Source: Candidatus Sericytochromatia bacterium | GTDB taxonomy: Bacteria > Cyanobacteriota > Sericytochromatia > S15B-MN24 > JAQBPE01 | Direction of reading: 5' to 3' | Assembly: GCA_040400605.1 (NCBI GenBank) | Contig: JBBAPZ010000010.1 | Span: forward strand, 57,320-74,613 | Length of the DNA: 17,294 nucleotides | Part shown: piece by piece, positions 7,581 through 15,203 of the stretch | How the letters are laid out: every line of letters starts with the position of its first letter | Numbering within the stretch: the stretch's first letter is position 1 | The notes under the pieces: generated by a model | The model's input: the letters and a program-made list of their open reading frames with translations, nothing else | The model's database searches: none | What the model was told of the DNA's origin: nothing | Program-made: the position numbers and the translations under genes

Positions 7581-8300
7581 TTATTTCAGTTTGAGTGATG
7601 ACAGTTGAGACAGATCGAGGGATTTTGATGCTGGCACTGCTTCAGCGTCCGGTGTGCGCACAGCCGTCAAGGAGCGCGGGTTTGATCCTTTGGTGGATGC
7701 GGGAGTGGGTGATGGGCGGCGATCGCCACCAAACAGACGCGTCAGGGAATCTGACATCTTGCGATCCAGACTGCTCTTGGCGATCGCCCGGTTCAACACC
7801 CTGAACGTTCCAATGTTCGTCACCAAGGAAATCGCAATACTCACCAACGGCAGAACCCGGGGCCCCAACGGCAACCGCCCCAATAACGGCGCAGTCGCAA
7901 TCGAGCTCGCTGCCACCATGGTACCCGCCACGATGGCTTTACCGATGCCAAGAGTCGTCTCAGTCACCACGTTCGCCCCGGCACGCGCACCTGAGATTTT
8001 TTGCTGAATCGCGCTTCTCACATTGCGAATGGCAGAGGGTATGCCAAACCACGCCACATTGGTCAAACTGAAAGCGGACAAGAAACTGTTTTTAAAGAGA
8101 TCAACAATCAAAGGTGGCGTAAAACGCCCCCCCACGACCGCACCCTGATTCGCGGCAGCGAACGTGTTCAACCCCGGCTGATACGTATAAAGCACACTGC
8201 GGCTCGGCCCAACATCAGCTTCGGGCTTGACCGCTTGCCGTTTGACAGGTTTGCCCGTTGGCACGCTCAGGCTGACCGGACGATTCCCCACCACGTTCAT
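7581..8300 (-). CDS. Hypothetical membrane-associated protein
   Basis: ATG with GGAGG RBS, 239 aa, 2-3 small-residue-rich hydrophobic segments, low-complexity termini. No family confidently recognised. Confidence 0.75.
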   Translation of the reverse strand: MNVVGNRPVSLSVPTGKPVKRQAVKPEADVGPSRSVLYTYQPGLNTFAAANQGAVVGGRFTPPLIVDLFKNSFLSAFSLTNVAWFGIPSAIRNVRSAIQQKISGARAGANVVTETTLGIGKAIVAGTMVAASSIATAPLLGRLPLGPRVLPLVSIAISLVTNIGTFRVLNRAIAKSSLDRKMSDSLTRLFGGDRRPSPTPASTKGSNPRSLTAVRTPDAEAVPASKSLDLSQLSSLKLK

Positions 8301-8443
8301 TGTGACCCTCCATCATTCAAGCACGCGGCCACTACCACCCCGGACTCCGACATGCTTATTGGACCCTTCACTTGTCGCGGTCCACGCTGTGACCCGTGAC
8401 ATTAATCAATTTTATTCTTGCCTTTATATCGTTTTAACTTTTG

Positions 8444-8472
8444 AAAACTTGCGTCGGTGGGGCAAGTTTTTT
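8444..8472. promoter_or_regulatory. 9-bp inverted repeat with T-run in the divergent intergenic region
   Basis: AAAACTTGC (8444-8452), 9-nt loop, GCAAGTTTT (8462-8470), followed by TT. Confidence 0.3.
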
Positions 8473-8566
8473 GCAAAATGTCTCAGGTTGGCTTGGCTTG
8501 CTGGTGAAAGCGTCTGATCCCCCTTGCGGCGGTTGCTGTTAAAACGATGGTTGGGGGTGGGTTAGC

Positions 8567-9664
8567 ATGCGCGTTGGCGTTTTTGGAAAGCGGTATCCGT
8601 CTTGCGGCATTGTGACGTATTGCCGTGAGTTGGTGGGGGGGCTTGATGCGCGTGGGCATGAGGTTTGTTTCTTTTATCCGGGTCGTGTGAAGGGGGAGCC
8701 GGGTGATGGTTGGCCGGTGGCGTTGCGGACGCCGTGGTTCGTGTTGGCGAGGCGGGGGGTATTGGCTCGGATTGAGCAAGAGTTGCGGGTGTTCGAGCCG
8801 GAAATTGTGCATGCGTCGTTTGCGTTGGGGCCGTTGGATTGGGCGTTGCCGGCGTTGTGTGAGCGTTTGAAGGTTCCTTTGGTGGTGACGTTTCATGTGG
8901 CGTTGGATGATCGTTTCTCGATTCCTGCCGGGGTATCCGCGCTTGTGCAGCGCTTGTACGTTGCGTCGCTGTCGCGGTGTCGGCGGGTGATTGTATTTTC
9001 GGAAGGTTATCGGCAGCATCTGATTCGTTTGGGCGTTCCGGCGCGGAATGTGAGCGTGTTACCCAATGGGGTGGATACCGGGCGTTATCGCCCGGGTGTG
9101 AGTCGTTTTCGGGCTGCGCTTGATGCCCGGTTGGTGTTCACGTTTATGGGGCGTTTGGATCCCGAGAAAAATCCGGAGGCCCTTTTGGCTGCTTTTGAGG
9201 CATTGGGGTGGCCAGAGGGGGTTCATGTCGTGATGATGGGGGAGGGGTTGCTGGCGGCGCGTTTGCATCGTCGTTATGCGGGGCGGCCGCGTTTGCACTG
9301 GTTGGGGCAGGTGTCGGATGAGCGTCTCCGCATTGACGTTTTGCGCGGGACGGATGTGTTTGTTTTGCCATCAACGGTCGAGGGGTTGTCGCTGGCGTTG
9401 CTGGAGGCGATGGCTTGTGGTGCGGTGCCGATGGTAACGGATGTTGGGGCGGATGGCGAAGTGGTGGCGGGGGTGGGGGCGGTGTTGGATCCGTCTCGCA
9501 TTACGCAAAGCCTCACCGAAACCATTGAAGAGTACTTGGCTTTTCCGGCTGCGTGGCGATCCTTGCGTTTTCGAGCGCGTCAGCGCGTGCTGGCCCGTTA
9601 TCGCCTGGATGAGACCTTTAGCCGCTTGGAACACCTGTACCAACTGGTACGCAACGCCGAGTGA
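8567..9664 (+). CDS. dgdA: Glycosyltransferase family 4, DgdA-like (cyanobacterial-type digalactosyldiacylglycerol synthase)
   Basis: GT4 motifs LPNGVD, GRLDPEKN, DVFVLPSTVEGLSLALLEAMACG. DgdA-like segments as I recall them: GKxxPxCGxVTYxRE, IVHASxxLxPLDxxLPxxCExLxxPLVxTFH, TDVGADGEV. GT4 is secure. dgdA orthology rests on recalled motifs. Confidence 0.7.
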   Translation: MRVGVFGKRYPSCGIVTYCRELVGGLDARGHEVCFFYPGRVKGEPGDGWPVALRTPWFVLARRGVLARIEQELRVFEPEIVHASFALGPLDWALPALCERLKVPLVVTFHVALDDRFSIPAGVSALVQRLYVASLSRCRRVIVFSEGYRQHLIRLGVPARNVSVLPNGVDTGRYRPGVSRFRAALDARLVFTFMGRLDPEKNPEALLAAFEALGWPEGVHVVMMGEGLLAARLHRRYAGRPRLHWLGQVSDERLRIDVLRGTDVFVLPSTVEGLSLALLEAMACGAVPMVTDVGADGEVVAGVGAVLDPSRITQSLTETIEEYLAFPAAWRSLRFRARQRVLARYRLDETFSRLEHLYQLVRNAE

Positions 9665-9853
9665 TCGCCCAGCTCCGTATGATGGACAGTCGACGCTTCA
9701 CGGTATGAAATACTTGAATAACCAAGATTTATTGAACCTTTAATACAAAAAAAACAGGCATTTAAAACGGTCATGGCTTGGTCTTGTTTTTAACCAAGTA
9801 AAATATTTCTTTAAGACTTTTAAGCAGGGATTGATGTAGGGGAGGCGGGCTAG

Positions 9854-10618
9854 GTGACTGTGGGTGCCGTGCGTCGCGTGCTGGGCGGGCTCTTCCTTTG
9901 TGTGTTTGGTGGGAGTGCCTGTTCGCAAAGTGGTGGCGTGGGTGTGCCTGTGTCGGTGGTGAGCCGGGTGCCTGCTGTTGATGTGAGTGCGCGCCCGTGG
10001 TCGCCGGAGATTGTGCGGGCGAGCGCGATTCTGTCGGATGTGCGGACGTATTACAGCCAGGTGAATACGTGGCAAGCGACGGTTGTGTCGGAGGTGTACG
10101 GTCCAGCGGTCGGGGCGAAGGATTGGACGCGGAGTCGTGTGTCGTTTCGGCGTCCGGGGACGATCGCGGCGCAGGTGTTGGAGGCGCGGGATGCGAAGTT
10201 TGTGAATACACGATTGGTGTATTCAGGTGGTGATACGCTGCGGTTGCGGACGTATTTTTTTGGGTGGATTCCATTGACGCTTGATTTTCCTGTGGTGGAT
10301 CCGCGTTTGTTGGATGCTTACAAACGTTCGTTCAAGGATACCCAGACCCGGCAGTGGTTTGATGTCATGTTGCATCCGCAGGTTCAGGCGGCGTGGTTGG
10401 GAGAGGGGATGTCTGGGTCGGTGGTGGTTGATTACCTTGAGGTGCGATCGCCCGCCAGTTGGTCCGGGGTGGGTCGTGAGGTGTTTGGCATCGCCCGGCA
10501 CAGTCATTTGCCTGTTGTGCGGGATGTCTATGATGCGCGCCAGCGTCGCATGTTGCATGTTGAATTGCAGGGAATGCGGATTAATCCAGCGCTTGATTCG
10601 CAGGTGTTTGTTCTTTAA
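9854..10618 (+). CDS. Lipoprotein with LolA-like (lipid/lipoprotein carrier) fold
   Basis: GGGAGG RBS, signal with lipobox GSA-C. LolA-like pattern YYSQVNTWQATV...VSFRRPG...INPALDSQVF. Confidence 0.6.
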   Translation: MTVGAVRRVLGGLFLCVFGGSACSQSGGVGVPVSVVSRVPAVDVSARPWSPEIVRASAILSDVRTYYSQVNTWQATVVSEVYGPAVGAKDWTRSRVSFRRPGTIAAQVLEARDAKFVNTRLVYSGGDTLRLRTYFFGWIPLTLDFPVVDPRLLDAYKRSFKDTQTRQWFDVMLHPQVQAAWLGEGMSGSVVVDYLEVRSPASWSGVGREVFGIARHSHLPVVRDVYDARQRRMLHVELQGMRINPALDSQVFVL

Positions 10619-10799
10619 GACAACGATTACACTTTGCTGTGCGGTGTTGATTAAGGCTTTGGTGTGGCGTGTGGTATAACTGATACCCGTTGGCTTGCCG
10701 TCGATGCGGTGTTTGAGCCGTTGGGGGCTGATTTTATATCAGTTTTGTGTCGGTGTGGATGGGAGAAGCGGGGTGACGATGACGCAGGGCCGACCGTTG

Positions 10800-11477
10800 A
10801 TGAATTGGCAGAAAATGGTAAAGCATGCGTGTGTCGGCTTGGGGATTTTGGGTGTCTTGTGGGGGCATGCGCCGGTGTGGGCGATGGGGGCGCGTCCGGT
10901 TGAGGCGCCCGTGCGTCGGGATCAGAAACCGGCCAGCTCCTTGGCGGATATGGAGGCTGCCGCCGGGCATGTGTTGTTTTTAGGGCCACGGATTGTGTTT
11001 CAGACGCCCAAGGGGGATGTGGTGATCGTGACCTTTCCCAAGGAGGCTCCCAAAACCGTGAAACGGGTGCTGGAGCTGGTGCGGGGGGGCTTTTACGATG
11101 AGTTGGCGTTTCATCGGATTGTGCCTGGTTTTGTGGTTCAGGTGGGGGATCCACAGACGCGTCAGTTGGTGATTGATGATGCGCGGGTGGGGCGGGGTGG
11201 ATCCGGGATTCGCGTTGAGCCCGAGTTTGAAGGACAAAGTTTGCGCCATTTGATCGGGACGCTCGGTTTGGCTCGTGATCGGGATCCACGAAGCGCTGAC
11301 AGCCAATTTTATGTGACGATGCAGGAGAGCCCGCATTTGGATGAAGTTTATACCATTTGGGGGCAAGTGCTGGATGGGATGGATGTGGTGCGTCAACTCA
11401 GCGTGGGTGATCGCATCCTCAAAACCAGAATTTTAGCCCCCTCGGACAGCCCGGCGGTGACGGAACCAATCCCTTAA
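10800..11477 (+). CDS. Cyclophilin-type peptidyl-prolyl cis-trans isomerase with N-terminal signal peptide
   Basis: FHRIVPGFVVQVGDP, GTLGLARDRDPRSADSQFYV, HLDEVYTIWGQVLDGMDVV. Signal-like KHACVGLGILGVLWGHAPVWA. Start could be 10773, 10779, 10800 or 10815. Confidence 0.93.
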   Translation: MNWQKMVKHACVGLGILGVLWGHAPVWAMGARPVEAPVRRDQKPASSLADMEAAAGHVLFLGPRIVFQTPKGDVVIVTFPKEAPKTVKRVLELVRGGFYDELAFHRIVPGFVVQVGDPQTRQLVIDDARVGRGGSGIRVEPEFEGQSLRHLIGTLGLARDRDPRSADSQFYVTMQESPHLDEVYTIWGQVLDGMDVVRQLSVGDRILKTRILAPSDSPAVTEPIP

Positions 11478-11692
11478 GTCGTTACTGTTACCAGGTTGTT
11501 GAGCGCTCACTCACCAAGTTCTGGCTATCCCAGCCTCGCTCACCATGACGCCTGTGAGCCACGAAACAGCTCAGCGCCAAGCATCGGCGGGCTCTGAGCA
11601 ACTGGTATGGCGACAGTGTCCCGGCGCTTGTTTCAGGGAGTGTCGAACTCAAGCGTCGCGTGATTCCCTCATACGGTCACTGGCCACCTGGA

Positions 11693-11824
11693 GGAACCAT
11701 CAATTTCGCTGATCGGACGGCGGCCACCAGACAAGACACGAGGGCAACAAGACCGTTTCCCAATTCTATAACCCGCAGCGTTAGAACAAAAATGTAACGA
11801 ACAATCAGCGAATCTGATGGATGG
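11693..11824 (-). mobile_element. MITE-like non-autonomous element, copy B (132 bp) with perfect 9-bp flanking direct repeat
   Basis: Terminal IRs CCATCAATTTCGCTGAT (11697-11713) and ATCAGCGAATCTGATGG (11804-11820), 15/17 complementary. CCACCTGGA at 11684-11692 and 11825-11833. Homologous to 7268-7400. Confidence 0.72.
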
Positions 11825-11841
11825 CCACCTGGATGGGGGGG

Positions 11842-13872
11842 TCAGTACAGCGGAACGTCAGTGTTGGGGTCGGGGAAGGTACTCATCAAGAGGCCTTCCG
11901 TGAGAATGCCGTGTGCGTTGAAAATGCAGAAGGTGCTGGGACGATTGAGGTGGCGCAGGGCGTGCTTGAAGGTCTCGCTGTTGGAACCGCCGATAAGGAT
12001 GACTGATTCGGAGGGTGCGTTTGGGTTGGCAATCATTTGGATGACACCTGTTGCAGGGCTGCGCCAGCTGCGGCCTTGCCACCACAAGGTGTGTTGGTCC
12101 AGGTATCGGACGGGAAACTGGTTGACCCAGTCGGAGGCGATCGCATTGGCATCTGGTCGACCCACCAGCCAGAGCGTACGGCGGCGTTCATCGGGGCTCA
12201 ATGCTTGATCGGAGCAGAGGCCAATCTCATCGGAAGACCCTGATTTGAGTTTGAGCCTGAGGGATTCTGCCGCCGCGCGCATGGCAAGGTTTTCAGTGGG
12301 GGTACCCATGGTTCCGTAGACAATGACTGTTTGTGTGTTGCGCAGCGCGTCGCTGACACGCAATTGCGCCCGGCGTGCCATCAAGATGCGTTCATTGGGG
12401 TCAAGGATCAGTCGCAAGGGGCGGCTGGTGGTGGTGAAGCTGACGGGTGTACGCTCGGCAACACTGTTGAAGCGGGTGCGTTCGACCCCTTGTTCAGTAA
12501 TCAGCATCAGTTCGACGGGTACCTTGAAAAAGGGGGCACGTTGCATCACGGATCCCTGGGTATGGTAGCCGGTTTCGGTTTGATTGACGGTGACGCCCTC
12601 AAGGCGCGGTTGCGGCAGTCCGGTTTTTTCGAGGTATGCGCGCACCGTATTGAAAGAAGATTCTTGCAAAAAGGTTTCCAGCGGCCGGGGTTCTGTCGCG
12701 CGTTTGAACAGACGTTCCAGAAGGTTCCAAAATGCGGCATCGCTTGTTTCGCGTCGCAGCACGTCCCAGATGAGGACACCCTTGTTCATAATCGTCGCCT
12801 CCCAGGCGGATTCCGGGTTGGGGTCGCTCAAAGGCTGCTCCGAGCGCGGGGCATTCTTCAAGAATTCGAGGTAGCTTTCCAGGTGCGGTACATTGACGGT
12901 TGTCTTGAGTGCATGCGTTTGCTGGGTCGCCAGATAGGCCATTAGGCTGTGGGTGAGCCAGGGTATCCGTGAGGGTTGACTTTTTGCACCGAAACAACGG
13001 TAGGCAAGATATGCAGCCAGTGTCGCGTTTGAACCGGCAGCCACTGAAAGCTGTTCACTTTGCCAGTTTCCGAAACCATCCGGTAACTGAACGAGGATGA
13101 TGCGCTGGGCGGGGATTGGGATGGGGCCTGATTGGGTTTGCAGTTGTTTCAGAATTTGTTCCGCATTTGGGATCCACTCAAGGGTGTTGGCAACGCTCAA
13201 GACATCCGCGCTGCTGAGCACGTGATGGCGCCAAGGGCCGGCGCACAGTCCGAGTGATTGGGTTTCAGAGAACTCGAAATGGGTCATCCCCTTACCGTCG
13301 GCCTCACGCCAGGTTGTGCTGCCAAGCACCCGCCACGATTGTGGCGCACGCACATGCAGGCTGACACCAGGTTGGCCTGGATTTGTCAGTTTTGGTAACC
13401 AATGTGCGGTCGGTGGAAGGTTGAACCCTTGCTCGGTCAGACGTATCGTACTGTCAGGGACCGAATGGGCCGGTATCGAAAGATCGTAGGTGAGCGCCAA
13501 CACGAAGCGGGGGATTTTTTGCAGGGCGTCTGGTATGTCAATCGCCACTTGTTCGGAATCGCGGGCGAAGGTTGCCTTGCGATCATTCAGTGTCAGGGAC
13601 AGAAGTTTTGCGCGCGAGGGTATCAGCACCGTCAGTTTGCCTGAGCCTTGGGGTTTGGTGGGTATGACGCGCAAGCGGGCCTGAACATTGATTTTTTGTT
13701 CGCGTGGGGCGATCGCCAATTGGACGTAGGCATAAGGGTGCTCGTAAGCCTCGGCTTCGATTTTGCCAAGTGCCACACGCGCCGTTGGCTCACTTGCTGA
13801 CGCCCGTGCCGTGAGCGGGACAAGCAGCAGGACGCCGATAACAACACCCTTGGCAAGCCAGGCGCGCCTCAT
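11842..13872 (-). CDS. Exported M1-aminopeptidase-like protein with degenerate active site
   Basis: Start reassigned to ATG 13872 (ATGA overlap with the hutI stop). Signal peptide MRRAWLAKGVVIGVLLLVPLTARA. M1-like architecture (HWLP, APQSWRVLGS, LCAGPW, KGVLIWDVLR, GLP, LILDPNERI) but no HExxH. Confidence 0.7.
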   Translation of the reverse strand: MRRAWLAKGVVIGVLLLVPLTARASASEPTARVALGKIEAEAYEHPYAYVQLAIAPREQKINVQARLRVIPTKPQGSGKLTVLIPSRAKLLSLTLNDRKATFARDSEQVAIDIPDALQKIPRFVLALTYDLSIPAHSVPDSTIRLTEQGFNLPPTAHWLPKLTNPGQPGVSLHVRAPQSWRVLGSTTWREADGKGMTHFEFSETQSLGLCAGPWRHHVLSSADVLSVANTLEWIPNAEQILKQLQTQSGPIPIPAQRIILVQLPDGFGNWQSEQLSVAAGSNATLAAYLAYRCFGAKSQPSRIPWLTHSLMAYLATQQTHALKTTVNVPHLESYLEFLKNAPRSEQPLSDPNPESAWEATIMNKGVLIWDVLRRETSDAAFWNLLERLFKRATEPRPLETFLQESSFNTVRAYLEKTGLPQPRLEGVTVNQTETGYHTQGSVMQRAPFFKVPVELMLITEQGVERTRFNSVAERTPVSFTTTSRPLRLILDPNERILMARRAQLRVSDALRNTQTVIVYGTMGTPTENLAMRAAAESLRLKLKSGSSDEIGLCSDQALSPDERRRTLWLVGRPDANAIASDWVNQFPVRYLDQHTLWWQGRSWRSPATGVIQMIANPNAPSESVILIGGSNSETFKHALRHLNRPSTFCIFNAHGILTEGLLMSTFPDPNTDVPLY

Positions 13873-15170
13873 CGCACTTGCACACCTTTTTTGAAAACGT
13901 GACGTGCCAATGGAACACCGAAGTGATAGCACAAGTGGGTATGACTCGGGATGTCCCAAATGACAAGATCGGCTTGCTTGCCGATTTCGAGTGTACCCAG
14001 TGTATCCTGTTTGCCGATGGCGTGCGCCGCGTTGATGGTCGCTGCCACCAAGGCTTCTTTGGGCGTCAGACGGTATTGCAGGGCTGCGAGCGTCATCATC
14101 ATGGGCATGGATTCCGAAAAACAGGAGCCGGGATTAAAGTCGGTGCCCAGTGCGATCGCCACCCCGGCTTCAATCATTGCCCGAGCCGGGGCGCGTTCAT
14201 TCATGCCAAGAAAGAAAGGGGTGCCAGGCAGCAAAACCGCAACGGTGTTTGAAGCCGCGAGCGCCTGAATGGATGCACCAGACGTCAAAAGCAGGTGGTC
14301 AGCGGAAGCTGCACCCATTTGAGCCGCCAGTGCGCCACCGCCTAGATCACTCAGTTCGTCTGCATGCAAGCGCAGTTCCAGTCCCAGTTTTTGCGCGGCC
14401 GCGAAAATGCGGGTGGTTTGTGCGGGCGAAAACACGCCTTGTTCACAAAAGACATCGCAATAATGCGCCAAGCCGCGCTTGGCCACCTCAGGCAACATGT
14501 CTTCGATGATCTGCGTTGTATATGTGTCGGCGTCCACTCCTGGCGGAACCGCGTGCGCACCCATAAACGTGGGAATGATTTCAAGGGGGCCTTCCCGGTT
14601 CAACTGCGCGATGACCTGCAGTTGTTTGAGTTCGGTTTCGAGTTCCAGACCGTAACCACTTTTGGCCTCCAATGTGGTGGTACCGCAATTCAGCATGTTG
14701 GTCAGGTGGGTACGGGCTTGTTGCAATAAACTTGTGTAGGAAGCGGCTCGTGTGGCTGCCACGGTGTGGTGGATGCCACCGCCTTGGGCCAGGATTTCAG
14801 CATAGCTGGCGCCTTTGAGGCGTTGCTCGAATTCCGTGGCGCGATCGCCCCCAAACACCAGGTGGGTATGTGGGTCGATGAGGCCGGGCGTCACTGTCAT
14901 GTCACGGGCATCCAGCACCCTGGTTGCATCGCTGTGGGTCCAATTCCGGGGTAGCTCGCTCATAGGCCCACAGTAGGCGATGCGACCTTGCGCGATCGCC
15001 ACGGCACCATCCCTGATGATCGTGAGTTCGCCCAAAGCGTGACCACGGCGCGGCCCAACAGACGCTGTACCAGGCGTTACGAGTTCGCCAATGTGGGTGA
15101 TGATCCAATCGATCGTTTCAACGCTGGCACATGCCGGATTTGTTTGCTGCATCTGCCAAGCATACCGCAT
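13869..15170 (-). CDS. hutI: Imidazolonepropionase
   Basis: PGLIDPHTHLVFGGDRATEF, GGGIHHTV, EAKSGYGL, FMGAHAVP, DVFCEQG, LHADEL, SADHL, LGTDFNPG. Alternative ATG at 15152. Confidence 0.96.
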   Translation of the reverse strand: MRYAWQMQQTNPACASVETIDWIITHIGELVTPGTASVGPRRGHALGELTIIRDGAVAIAQGRIAYCGPMSELPRNWTHSDATRVLDARDMTVTPGLIDPHTHLVFGGDRATEFEQRLKGASYAEILAQGGGIHHTVAATRAASYTSLLQQARTHLTNMLNCGTTTLEAKSGYGLELETELKQLQVIAQLNREGPLEIIPTFMGAHAVPPGVDADTYTTQIIEDMLPEVAKRGLAHYCDVFCEQGVFSPAQTTRIFAAAQKLGLELRLHADELSDLGGGALAAQMGAASADHLLLTSGASIQALAASNTVAVLLPGTPFFLGMNERAPARAMIEAGVAIALGTDFNPGSCFSESMPMMMTLAALQYRLTPKEALVAATINAAHAIGKQDTLGTLEIGKQADLVIWDIPSHTHLCYHFGVPLARHVFKKGVQVR

Positions 15171-15203
15171 GCGGGGCCTGCCTCACCACAGGTGATAGCG
15201 TCG

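Noticed and set aside
10672..10680. TGGTATAAC as an extended -10 for the cyclophilin gene
   Set aside because: Lacks the conserved final T and has no well-spaced -35. Plausible but unsupported.
13873..13959. Upstream extension of the M1-like ORF into hutI
   Set aside because: The ATGA overlap and signal peptide support a start at 13872.
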